The position numbers and the translations under genes are program-made. Source: an uncultured Chryseolinea sp. (lineage in GTDB: Bacteria > Bacteroidota > Bacteroidia > Cytophagales > Cyclobacteriaceae). Taken from it: a DNA stretch of 44,358 bases. Below the pieces are notes generated by a model, which made no database searches, was not told the DNA's origin, and saw nothing but the letters and a program-made list of their open reading frames with translations. Positions 34,937 to 43,713 of the stretch are shown here, one piece after another; the stretch's first letter is position 1, and every line of letters begins with the position of its first letter. Location: contig CBIHQM010000001.1 in the NCBI GenBank assembly GCA_966211885.1, forward strand, positions 1-44,358, given 5' to 3'.

Positions 34937-37171
34937 ATGAAACGAAATTTACCTGTCTTATTACTCTCCCTGGTGACGGCCATGAATATGTTGTCGTGCG
35001 CAAAAAAAGATGCGTGCCACGACGAGATGGTCGCCATCCTGGATCGCGTACACAAAGCCTCTTATCGCCCGGCCAACCAGTTTTACCCGGAGGCGGGCTT
35101 GCCCTATATGGATTCCCTGCTGGGCCTCCCGCATAGCACCCCCAGCCAGGTCCGCTACTGTCAATATTTAAAGGCCAACCTTTACCTGGAGTTGGGCCAG
35201 GAAGAAAAAGCTGTCGAACTCCTGGAAGGCGTCGTGAGAGATGACCCTGAATTTCAGGTGGAGCTGGCCTGGAAGGATTTGGCCGTGGCCTATTTGCGTC
35301 AAGGCGAAAGAGCCAATTGCATTTCCAACCACGCCTCCGAATCGTGCATCATGCCCGTGAAAGGTATGGGCATACACGACGATCCCCTGGGATCGCGGAA
35401 GGCCATTGAAATTTATCAGCGCCTGCTGGAGAAACATCCCAACGACATCGAGTCGCGATGGTTATTGAACCTGGCTTACATGACGCTGGGAAAATACCCG
35501 GCCGGTGTGCCCGAAAAATTCCTGATCCCCGGCATGGAAGGCGACACCACCGTGAAAGTGAAACCCTTCGACGACATCGCGGCCGACCTGAAGCTCGACG
35601 TGAACAACATGGCCGGAGGAAGCATCGTGGAAGATTTTGACAATGACGGCTACCTCGACATGCTCACCTCGGGCATGGGCACCGAAGAAGCGATGCACTA
35701 TTTCAAGAACAATGCCGATGGAACGTTCACCGACCTCTCCGACAAGGTGGGTCTCAAGGGCATCAGCGGTGGTTTGAACATGGTGCAGGCCGACTACAAC
35801 AACGACGGCTTCAAAGATGTGCTCGTGTTGCGCGGCGCGTGGAAAAAACAATTCGGTGAAGAGCCCAACTCCCTGCTGCGCAACAACGGCAATGGCACCT
35901 TCACGGACGTCACCACGCAAGCCGGTCTGCTATCGTTTCACCCCACACAAGCGGCCACCTGGAACGACTTCAACAACGACGGTTGGATTGACTTGTTCAT
36001 TGGCAACGAAACGGCCGTCGCGCAATTTGAAAAAGGGCACCCGTGCGAACTCTACATCAACAACCAGGACGGCACCTTCCGCGAGGTTGCCAGAGACGCC
36101 ATGTGTGACATCGAGTTGTATGTGAAGGGCGTGACCTCGGGCGACTATGATCACGACGGATGGAAAGATCTTTTTCTCTCCACCATGAACGGTCAGCGCG
36201 TCCTGCTGAAGAACATGGGCGTGCAACAAGGCAAAGAGATCGCCTTTGCGGATGCCACGCACGTTGCCGGGCTGGATCATGAGCGCGGCAACACGTTCCC
36301 CACCTGGTTCTTCGACTACGACAACGACGGCTGGCTCGACATCTTTGCCTGCGACTACACCTTCCGCCACACACTGGCCTTCTATGCCGCCGCCGAAAAA
36401 CTGGGCATCCCCGAAGGCAACCCGCAAAAAATGTTGCTGTACCACAACAACCACAACGGCACCTTCACCAACATGGCCGACAGCCTCGGGCTCGACAAGG
36501 TAACCTTTGCCATGGGATCGAACTTCGGCGACATCGACAACGACGGATGGCTCGACATGTACCTGGGCACGGGCAACCCGGATTACAAATCGCTTGTCCC
36601 AAACAAAATGTTTAAAAACCTGGGTGGAAAAAAATTCGCCGACGTCACCAGCTCAGCGCGCGTAGGGCATCTTCAAAAAGGTCATGGTGTTTCTTTTGCC
36701 GATATGGATAACGATGGCGACCAGGACATCTACATTGAAATGGGTGGCGCGTTTCCCGGCGACGCTTACCAGAACGCCTTCTTTCTGAATCCGGGTCAGA
36801 GCAACAACCATTGGATCTCGTTGCAGCTCGAAGGTACCAAGGCCAACCGCGCGGCCATCGGCACCAGCGTGAAGGTCACCTTCACGGAGAATGGCAAACA
36901 ACGAAGTGTTTACCGCGATGTAAACTCCGGCGGCAGCTTCGGTTGTTCACCGCTGCGGCGCGAGATTGGGGTGGGCCAAGCCACCACCATCGATGAGATC
37001 GAAATCCGCTGGCACGGCAGCAATACCGTGCAGGTTTTCAAAAACGTAGGGGTCAACCAGTTCTTCAAGATCACCGAGGGCGACGACCAATTGAAAAAGG
37101 TCGACCTCAAGATGTTGATCTGGTCCCTGCCCGACAAGTTGTGTTTGCCGCTGGCATACAACAAGCCATAA
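34937..37171 (+). CDS. CRTAC1 / ASPIC-UnbV family lipoprotein with FG-GAP (VCBS-like) repeats and N-terminal TPR-like region
   Basis: Lipobox LSC. Repeated DFDNDGYLD, DYNNDG, DYDNDGWLD and DMDNDGDQD motifs. C-terminal NRAAIG…IEIRW ASPIC/UnbV segment. Confidence 0.88.
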   Translation: MKRNLPVLLLSLVTAMNMLSCAKKDACHDEMVAILDRVHKASYRPANQFYPEAGLPYMDSLLGLPHSTPSQVRYCQYLKANLYLELGQEEKAVELLEGVVRDDPEFQVELAWKDLAVAYLRQGERANCISNHASESCIMPVKGMGIHDDPLGSRKAIEIYQRLLEKHPNDIESRWLLNLAYMTLGKYPAGVPEKFLIPGMEGDTTVKVKPFDDIAADLKLDVNNMAGGSIVEDFDNDGYLDMLTSGMGTEEAMHYFKNNADGTFTDLSDKVGLKGISGGLNMVQADYNNDGFKDVLVLRGAWKKQFGEEPNSLLRNNGNGTFTDVTTQAGLLSFHPTQAATWNDFNNDGWIDLFIGNETAVAQFEKGHPCELYINNQDGTFREVARDAMCDIELYVKGVTSGDYDHDGWKDLFLSTMNGQRVLLKNMGVQQGKEIAFADATHVAGLDHERGNTFPTWFFDYDNDGWLDIFACDYTFRHTLAFYAAAEKLGIPEGNPQKMLLYHNNHNGTFTNMADSLGLDKVTFAMGSNFGDIDNDGWLDMYLGTGNPDYKSLVPNKMFKNLGGKKFADVTSSARVGHLQKGHGVSFADMDNDGDQDIYIEMGGAFPGDAYQNAFFLNPGQSNNHWISLQLEGTKANRAAIGTSVKVTFTENGKQRSVYRDVNSGGSFGCSPLRREIGVGQATTIDEIEIRWHGSNTVQVFKNVGVNQFFKITEGDDQLKKVDLKMLIWSLPDKLCLPLAYNKP

Positions 37172-37217
37172 TCCGTTGGCTCAAAACCGATAAGGAGGAT
37201 GGCACGCTTGATGACTT

Positions 37218-37383
37218 GGGCGTGCCCCTCCTTCGTCGGGTCGGGTCGGCTCGTATCGAACATGTGACTAGCCCTCTATGGCGTATACCCCTTCTGAATG
37301 TTCGGGTCGGGCTGTTCGCTATAGTCCTCGCCCAGCCACACTAGCCCACGCTGCTCCGGGCTGCCGCTACCATCCCTCACGCG
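37218..37383 (+). ncRNA. Bacteroidota intergenic structured repeat, Flavo-1-like (a partial plus a full copy)
   Basis: GGGCGTGCCCC…GGGTCGGG followed by GGCGT…CCCC…GGGTCGGGCTGTTCGCTATAGTCCTCG…CGGGCTGCCGCTACCATCCCTCACGC. The family assignment is from memory of the motif, not from a search. Confidence 0.5.
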
Positions 37384-37656
37384 TGCGGGGTCATAAATAT
37401 GTCTCACCGTTACTTTAAATTTTTCACGAGGCTATTCATTTTATGGAAAGGCCGCGGTCCTGATCAATCCCGACTTTGATCAATGTGAATTTCTCTTTGC
37501 AGCCATGCACGAACTCAAAAATTAGATTGTCGACCCTTGTTTCAACGCCAAGTTTGTCGCGGGATATATCGCATTAGTCGCAAATCCGCTTGTGGCCATC
37601 ATTTTCCGGGTGACCACACGTTCCATTGCCAGATCTAAGCAAATATATTTCCCCTT

Positions 37657-39021
37657 ATGAAATCGCTGAAAAGAAATCTGAACCCAAACGTAGTGTTAGC
37701 CGGCGCCATCCTTATCCTGGTAAGTGTGTTTACTATTTCGGCCTGCAATGACGCAGACGAACCCGTCGCGACCCCTTCGATAACAAGTTTTACGCCGACG
37801 AGCGGTCCTATCGGAACGACCGTCACTATAACCGGCACTACCTTCAGCAGCACGATGGCCGATAATACCGTGACGTTCAACGGAACACAAGCAACGATAA
37901 CGGCGGCCATTTCCACGCAACTCACCGTAACGGTTCCAACGGGTGCGACCACGGGAAAGATTGCCGTTACCGTTAGCGGAACAACGGTGACTTCAAGTGC
38001 CGACTTCACCGTCACAACTTCGACGACGACGAGTGACTGCAGTTCGGCCACAACACAAATTGAAAAGCTGGTGTGCCTGGCCAACACCTTCCTGTCCACG
38101 CTAACCAGTACGCAACAGTCCTCGGTGGTGATAACGTTAAATCTAACGAATGCGAAAAGATGGTCAAATCTGCCTTGTGCTTTGTCCTGCCGGAATGGAT
38201 TACTTTTCAGTAGTTTGACAACGGCCCAGCAAACAGCAGCCTTGGCGGTGATCGAGGCCGCATCAGGAACCGTCAGCAATGAGGGCTATGAAGAGTTTCA
38301 AACGATTCGCGCGGCCGATGACTACTTGGGCACGATGCAGTCAGGTTACAGCTCGGGTAATTATGTGATTGCATTTTTGGGAACACCGAGCACGACGGGT
38401 AAATGGATGCTCCAATTTGGCGGGCATCACTACGCTCAGAACATCACTTACGACAATGGACAAGTCACCAGCATAACGCCATTGCATGAGGCAGTCGAAC
38501 CAAACGGCTCTTTCACCGTGAACGGCACGACCTACAGCAGTCCGATGACCACGGAACTTGCCGCAGTTCGCGATATGCTGGCAGCATTCACCACGAGTGA
38601 GCTGGCTTCAGCAAAGATCTCGACAACTTTCTCGGATTGTTTAATGGTTCCCGGTTCAACCACCAACACCTTCCCGTCTACAAAACAGGGTATACAGGTA
38701 GGCAACTTGAATTCAACGGCGCAAGCAAAAGTACTAGTGACCATTGCCGCCTGGGTCAATGACGTGGATCCGACGAGCGCTGCATCGTATCTCACTACTT
38801 ATCAAAATGAGCTGGCGAATACATATGTTACGTATTCCACCAACACAAGCGGCACTTCGGGGAATGCGAGTTCATTTTTCACATTCAATACAGACTACGT
38901 GCGAATTGATGGACCAAGCGTATGGATTGAATTCATCTGTCAAAATGGGGTCGTGATCTCAAATCAAGTGCACTATCACACCGTAATGCGCGACCACAAC
39001 CGTGACTATATCGGACTGTAA
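37657..39021 (+). CDS. Lipoprotein with IPT/TIG domain and DUF3500 domain
   Basis: Lipobox ISAC. PSITSFTPTSGPIGTTVTITG (IPT/TIG). WMLQFGGHHY, YVRIDGPSVWIEF and HYHTVMRD (DUF3500-type). Confidence 0.8.
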   Translation: MKSLKRNLNPNVVLAGAILILVSVFTISACNDADEPVATPSITSFTPTSGPIGTTVTITGTTFSSTMADNTVTFNGTQATITAAISTQLTVTVPTGATTGKIAVTVSGTTVTSSADFTVTTSTTTSDCSSATTQIEKLVCLANTFLSTLTSTQQSSVVITLNLTNAKRWSNLPCALSCRNGLLFSSLTTAQQTAALAVIEAASGTVSNEGYEEFQTIRAADDYLGTMQSGYSSGNYVIAFLGTPSTTGKWMLQFGGHHYAQNITYDNGQVTSITPLHEAVEPNGSFTVNGTTYSSPMTTELAAVRDMLAAFTTSELASAKISTTFSDCLMVPGSTTNTFPSTKQGIQVGNLNSTAQAKVLVTIAAWVNDVDPTSAASYLTTYQNELANTYVTYSTNTSGTSGNASSFFTFNTDYVRIDGPSVWIEFICQNGVVISNQVHYHTVMRDHNRDYIGL

Positions 39022-39047
39022 AGAATAAGTAACGTTCATTCGAGTTT

Positions 39048-40385
39048 ATGGAAGCCCATTCATATTTCAGCGATCGCCAGTGTAAAAACTGGCGATTGCT
39101 CTTTTTGATAACGATCTTTGCGATGAGCACTCTTTCCCCGCTAAGCGTCCACGCCCATCCATCGCCGAATTCAATATTGCTCCTCGATGTAAGCTCAGGC
39201 CAGGTCGTGTTGGAGGCACACATTCCCTTACCTGAATTGGCACTTGTGTTGGGTGATGAAATACGAAAGACGCCCGAAGTGCTAACCGAGCGCTTCTCAC
39301 CCCCGCTGCGCGCCTATCTGATGGAACACGTTCATGCGTACGTTGATAAAAATCACCCGTGGCAGGTGTCCATTAAACAAATGAGCATGGACAAAGGCAA
39401 ATACGTCGACAGCAACATTCCGTATTGGGAGGTCGCCGTACAATTTGTGCTGCATCCAAATCCCGGCGAAGGCACCAGATCCTTCACCTTGCAATACGAT
39501 GCGGTCATGCACCAGGTGATGAATCACGTCGCGTTTATTTCAATCAGAAGAGACTGGGAGGCTGGTGTCATCCATGCCGATACCACAAAAGATGTCAGTG
39601 TGATCGGTTGGAACCTGAGCGACAATTCGATTCCCCCACTGGAGGTGAACCTTGATGCGGGCAGTTGGCGGAAGGGGATCGCCAGCATGATCCTGCTCGG
39701 CATGCAACACATTAAAGAGGGCACCGACCATTTGCTTTTTCTGCTGACCCTTCTTCTGTCGGCACCGTTGACGGTCAAATCCCACAGGTGGAGCAATTAT
39801 GGTGGTCTCCGGTACAGCGTGTTTGACCTGCTAAAGGTCGTCACAGCATTTACAATAGGCCATTCACTCACCCTATTAGTTGGAGCTTTGGGTTGGACAC
39901 ACATTCCCAGCCAGCCAGTCGAAATACTGATTGCATTTTCAATACTGATCTCGGCAGTCCACGCATTCCGTCCGATCTTTGCCGGCAAGGAAATCTATAT
40001 TGCCGCCGGCTTTGGGTTGATTCACGGACTTGCTTTTGCCAGCATCCTCACGGATTTAAACCTTGACACGGAACAAATGGCATGGAGTATTCTTGGATTC
40101 AATATGGGTATTGAGCTTATGCAAATTTTTGTGATTGCGATGACCATGCCATGGCTTATCATGCTCAGCCGTTCGGCGCATTACAGCATCGTGAGAATCG
40201 GTGGAGCAAGCTTTGCGATCGTCGCTTCCCTGGCATGGATTTTTGAACGTGTATCGGGAACGTCAACTTTCATTTCAGTCATTGTTGAAAAATTTGCCGG
40301 TCACGCGGTGTACGGCATGGGTTTGCTTGCCGTTATTTCGCTTCTCGTTCATTTTCTAAACCGGCCCAAGGTAAACGTTGTGTAG
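39048..40385 (+). CDS. HupE/UreJ-family membrane protein with N-terminal periplasmic domain
   Basis: HIKEGTDHLLFLL, TAFTIGHSLTL, FGLIHGLAFA, GFNMGIELMQ and an AHP after the signal region. The exact start is uncertain. Confidence 0.85.
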   Translation: MEAHSYFSDRQCKNWRLLFLITIFAMSTLSPLSVHAHPSPNSILLLDVSSGQVVLEAHIPLPELALVLGDEIRKTPEVLTERFSPPLRAYLMEHVHAYVDKNHPWQVSIKQMSMDKGKYVDSNIPYWEVAVQFVLHPNPGEGTRSFTLQYDAVMHQVMNHVAFISIRRDWEAGVIHADTTKDVSVIGWNLSDNSIPPLEVNLDAGSWRKGIASMILLGMQHIKEGTDHLLFLLTLLLSAPLTVKSHRWSNYGGLRYSVFDLLKVVTAFTIGHSLTLLVGALGWTHIPSQPVEILIAFSILISAVHAFRPIFAGKEIYIAAGFGLIHGLAFASILTDLNLDTEQMAWSILGFNMGIELMQIFVIAMTMPWLIMLSRSAHYSIVRIGGASFAIVASLAWIFERVSGTSTFISVIVEKFAGHAVYGMGLLAVISLLVHFLNRPKVNVV

Positions 40386-40474
40386 CGTGAGTGCACGTTA
40401 AGCGTACGGATCGCGGGCCACCACGGGTGTGCATCGATACCGTGACGTTTGGACATGTTTTTGTATTTTGCATC

Positions 40475-40816
40475 ATGAAAAAGAAAGAAATCCGTTTCCG
40501 CTGCTGGATCGAGATCGATGGTGTAAAATTCTTCGGCCCGGGCCCTGCCGAATTGTTGGAGCACATCGAACAGGAAGGCTCCATCGCAAAAGCAGCAAAA
40601 CAAATGGGCATGTCCTACAAAAAAGCCTGGGACATGGTCGACGATCTGAACGCCCGTGGCAAAAGCCCTTACGTAGAATCCCGCAAAGGCGGCGAAAAAG
40701 GGGGAGGGGCTTCCCTGACCAAGGCCGGCAAAACCGTGGTGGCCCACTACCGTCGCCTGGCCGCCAAACTGAATAAGATCGTTGAAAAAGATGTGGCCAT
40801 TCTGAAACACATCTGA
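40475..40816 (+). CDS. modE: ModE-family regulator, DNA-binding domain only
   Basis: FFGPGPAELLEHI…GSIAKAAKQMGMSYKKAW…GGEKGGGASLT. The ATG at 40475 gives 113 aa with no Mop/TOBE domains. Confidence 0.85.
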   Translation: MKKKEIRFRCWIEIDGVKFFGPGPAELLEHIEQEGSIAKAAKQMGMSYKKAWDMVDDLNARGKSPYVESRKGGEKGGGASLTKAGKTVVAHYRRLAAKLNKIVEKDVAILKHI

Positions 40817-40935
40817 CGTTTTTCGTCAGGTGAATCCCGCCGTTCGCAGGCGCCACCGGCAGTTTGGTCCGGTACTGTATTCTTCCCCGATAATCTGATC
40901 GCCCCACCGGCATCGAATATGGCAAAATGAGTATC

Positions 40936-40965
40936 TTTCGATATATATGATGGTATACATCGAAA
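40936..40965. promoter_or_regulatory. ModE box
   Basis: TTTCGATATATA-N6-TATACATCGAAA is an 11/12 inverted repeat matching the CGnTATATA-N6-TATATAnCG consensus. It covers the -33 region of the TAATTTTG (-7) box at 40981-40988. Confidence 0.88.
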
Positions 40966-40992
40966 AGAAACACGAAACCGTAATTTTGCCCT

Positions 40993-41493
40993 ATGCCCAA
41001 GAAATTTTGCCATCTTTTTTTGCTGACGACCCTCCTGCTGGCCTCGATCGCGTGCCACGCCCAACCTAAACCATCGTTCCGCGTGGAAGGCGAGGTGCTG
41101 AAACCGCTCGCGCTCACGCAAGACGACCTCCTGAAGTGGAAGACCACCGAAGTGAAGGGCAAGGACCACGACGGCAAGGAACACGTGTTCAAAGGCGTGC
41201 GCCTGTTCGATGTGCTGGATTCGGCTGGTGTGACCCTCGGCGGGAAATTGAGGGGAAAGAACCTGGCCAAATACGTCCTCGTGAAAGCCGCAGACGGCTA
41301 TGAGGTGATCTTCTCCCTTCCGGAAATCGACCCGGAGTTTACCAGCCAAACGGTGTTGCTAGCCTACGAGGTAGATGGGCACCCGCTGGCGAAAGGGGAA
41401 GGCCCGTTTCGCATGGTTGTGCCGTCGGATAAAAAACAGGCGCGTTGGATCCGGGAGCTCACCACGATCAAGGTGGTGTTTTCAAAAGACTGA
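40993..41493 (+). CDS. Small exported protein with Oxidored_molyb (sulfite-oxidase Moco-domain)-like fold
   Basis: FKGVRLFDVL, VKAADGY, LLAYEVDGHPL…GPFRMVVP…RWIR and a signal peptide. Confidence 0.75.
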   Translation: MPKKFCHLFLLTTLLLASIACHAQPKPSFRVEGEVLKPLALTQDDLLKWKTTEVKGKDHDGKEHVFKGVRLFDVLDSAGVTLGGKLRGKNLAKYVLVKAADGYEVIFSLPEIDPEFTSQTVLLAYEVDGHPLAKGEGPFRMVVPSDKKQARWIRELTTIKVVFSKD

Positions 41494-41535
41494 TGGCGTC
41501 TGGATAAACAGAGCGCAAATGTTATTTTTGGGGAT

Positions 41536-42297
41536 ATGAACAGGATAAGACTCAGTATCGTATGCGTTGCCATGATGATCGCCGGGCAGGGGCATGCACA
41601 ATCCCCAGCCAAGATCCTGATCGCAGCCGCATCCGATCTGAAATTTGCCCTGGACTCCGTGGCCGCTACGTTTAAGAAAACTCATCCCGGAACGGTGGAC
41701 ATCACCTATGGTTCGTCCGGAAAATTATTCGAACAGATCTCCAACAGCGCGCCCTTCGATATTTTCCTCTCCGCCGATATCACGTATCCCCAACAGCTTA
41801 AGCAAAAAAAATTGACCCTTTCCGAGATCTATATATATGGAAAGGGACGCATTGTGTTATGGAGTAAAAAGATCGATCCGGAAAAAGAAGGCATGAACAC
41901 CTTGTTGTCGCCTTCCATTTTGAAAATTGCGATCGCTAACCCACAGCACGCGCCCTATGGAAAACGCGCGGAGGAGGCATTGGCTTATTATAAATTGACG
42001 GAGCGTGTGAAATCAAAATTGGTGTTCGGTGAGAGTATTTCGCAGACCGCCCAATTTGTGACCACGGGTGCGGCTGATGCGGGCATCGTCGCGTTGTCGC
42101 TGGCCCTTTCGCCCAATATGAAAAAAGAGAACGGGACCTATTTTCTCATTCCCGAAGAAAGCCATAAACCGCTCGAGCAAGGAGCGGTCATCACAAAACA
42201 TGCGCTGGGCAACGCCTACGCCAAAGCATTCCTGGACTATATGAACGGCGCTACGGCCAATGCCATTTTGCTCCACTTTGGGTTCACCAAACCCTAG
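41536..42297 (+). CDS. modA: Molybdate ABC transporter substrate-binding protein
   Basis: AAASDLKFA, YGSSGKL, DIFLSAD and IANPQHAPYG. Confidence 0.93.
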   Translation: MNRIRLSIVCVAMMIAGQGHAQSPAKILIAAASDLKFALDSVAATFKKTHPGTVDITYGSSGKLFEQISNSAPFDIFLSADITYPQQLKQKKLTLSEIYIYGKGRIVLWSKKIDPEKEGMNTLLSPSILKIAIANPQHAPYGKRAEEALAYYKLTERVKSKLVFGESISQTAQFVTTGAADAGIVALSLALSPNMKKENGTYFLIPEESHKPLEQGAVITKHALGNAYAKAFLDYMNGATANAILLHFGFTKP

Positions 42298-42300
42298 CCT

Positions 42301-42981
42301 ATGCTCGACCTTTCCCCCTTCTACCTGACGCTGAAATTAGCCATCGTGACGACGGCGATCCTCTTTGTGATCAGCGTGCCGGTTGCCTATGGATTGGCGT
42401 TCGTTCGCTGGCGTGGCAAAGTGATCCTCGATGCACTAGTAGGCCTGCCGTTGGTATTGCCACCTTCTGTTTTGGGATTTTATTTGCTGCTGGCGTTTAG
42501 TCCACAAAATGCATTCGGTCATTTCCTGGAAAAATATTTCGATCTGCGACTCGTGTTCAGCTTCCCGGGACTCGTGGTGGCGTCGGTAATTTATAGCCTG
42601 CCGTTCATGATCCAGCCGATTCAAAATGGCTTTCGGTCCGTGCCCGTGGCCCTCAAGGAGGCTGCTTACACCTTGGGCAAAGGCCGGTTCACCACCCTCA
42701 CTAAAGTTTTACTCCCCAACATGAAAGGCGCACTCCTCACAGGCTGCATGCTCACCTTCGCGCATACGATTGGTGAATTTGGAGTGGTGTTGATGGTGGG
42801 AGGAAATATACCGCACGAGACGCGCGTGATTTCCGTGACGATCTACGATGAAGTGGAGGCCATGAACTATCACCAGGCGAATGTGTATGCCTCGATCCTG
42901 CTCGTATTTTCTTTCCTGGTATTGATCAGTGTTTACCTCGTAAACAATCGCGCATTTAAAGTCGACCCCTATCATGATTGA
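42301..42981 (+). CDS. modB: Molybdate ABC transporter permease
   Basis: LPLVLPPSVLGFYLL, SLPFMIQP, EAAYTLG and FAHTIGEFGVVLMVGGNIP. Confidence 0.95.
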   Translation: MLDLSPFYLTLKLAIVTTAILFVISVPVAYGLAFVRWRGKVILDALVGLPLVLPPSVLGFYLLLAFSPQNAFGHFLEKYFDLRLVFSFPGLVVASVIYSLPFMIQPIQNGFRSVPVALKEAAYTLGKGRFTTLTKVLLPNMKGALLTGCMLTFAHTIGEFGVVLMVGGNIPHETRVISVTIYDEVEAMNYHQANVYASILLVFSFLVLISVYLVNNRAFKVDPYHD

Positions 42982-43687
42982 ACTCGCCATCGCCCGAAAG
43001 CTGCACGGCGCCGGTGGCGCGATCAACCTAAACCTGGATGTCAGGATCGAGACTGGCGATTTTGTGACCCTCTATGGTCCCTCGGGCGCGGGCAAAACCA
43101 GCATCCTCCGCATGCTCGCCGGCCTGCTCACACCGAATGACGGACGCATGATCTGCGATCGCCAGATCTGGTTCGACAAAAGTAAGCACATCAACTTAAG
43201 GCCACAGCACCGTAACCTCGGCATGGTCTTCCAGGAATATTCGCTCTTCCCCAATATGACAGTGCAAGGCAACCTGGAGTTTGCCCTGCAAAAAGACCAG
43301 CCGAAATCAAGGATCGACGAGCTATTGCAGTTGACGGAGTTGGAACAGCTTCGCGATAAAAAGCCGGCGTTGCTTTCCGGCGGACAAAAACAACGTGTGG
43401 CATTGGCCCGCGCCCTGGTGCGCCAACCTAACCTATTGCTCCTGGACGAGCCCTTGTCGGCGCTGGATACAGCGATGCAGATAAAACTTCAGGACTATAT
43501 TTTACGCGTACACCGTCAATACAACCTCACCACGTTGATGGTGAGCCACGATCTCAACGAAGTGATCAAAATGTCGAAACGCGTTTTGATTCTGGAAGAC
43601 GGCACGATCAAGAAAGATGGGCCGCCGCTCGAGGTGTTGCCGTTGGATAATTTGAAGCCATTTATAACGGGCGGTCTTTCGCGTTGA
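42974..43687 (+). CDS. modC: Molybdate ABC transporter ATP-binding protein (short form, no TOBE)
   Basis: GPSGAGKT, LSGGQKQRVALARAL, LLLDEPLSALD and VSHD. Confidence 0.92.
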   Translation: MIELAIARKLHGAGGAINLNLDVRIETGDFVTLYGPSGAGKTSILRMLAGLLTPNDGRMICDRQIWFDKSKHINLRPQHRNLGMVFQEYSLFPNMTVQGNLEFALQKDQPKSRIDELLQLTELEQLRDKKPALLSGGQKQRVALARALVRQPNLLLLDEPLSALDTAMQIKLQDYILRVHRQYNLTTLMVSHDLNEVIKMSKRVLILEDGTIKKDGPPLEVLPLDNLKPFITGGLSR

Positions 43688-43713
43688 ATGTCAAGAGTTC
43701 TCCCTACGATGCG

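Noticed and set aside
35620..36740. Repeated GAC/AAC-GACGG motifs as a CRISPR or DNA repeat array
   Set aside because: They are FG-GAP (DxDNDG) protein repeats inside the CRTAC1 CDS. No CRISPR array, cas, transposase, integrase, tRNA or rRNA was seen in the window.
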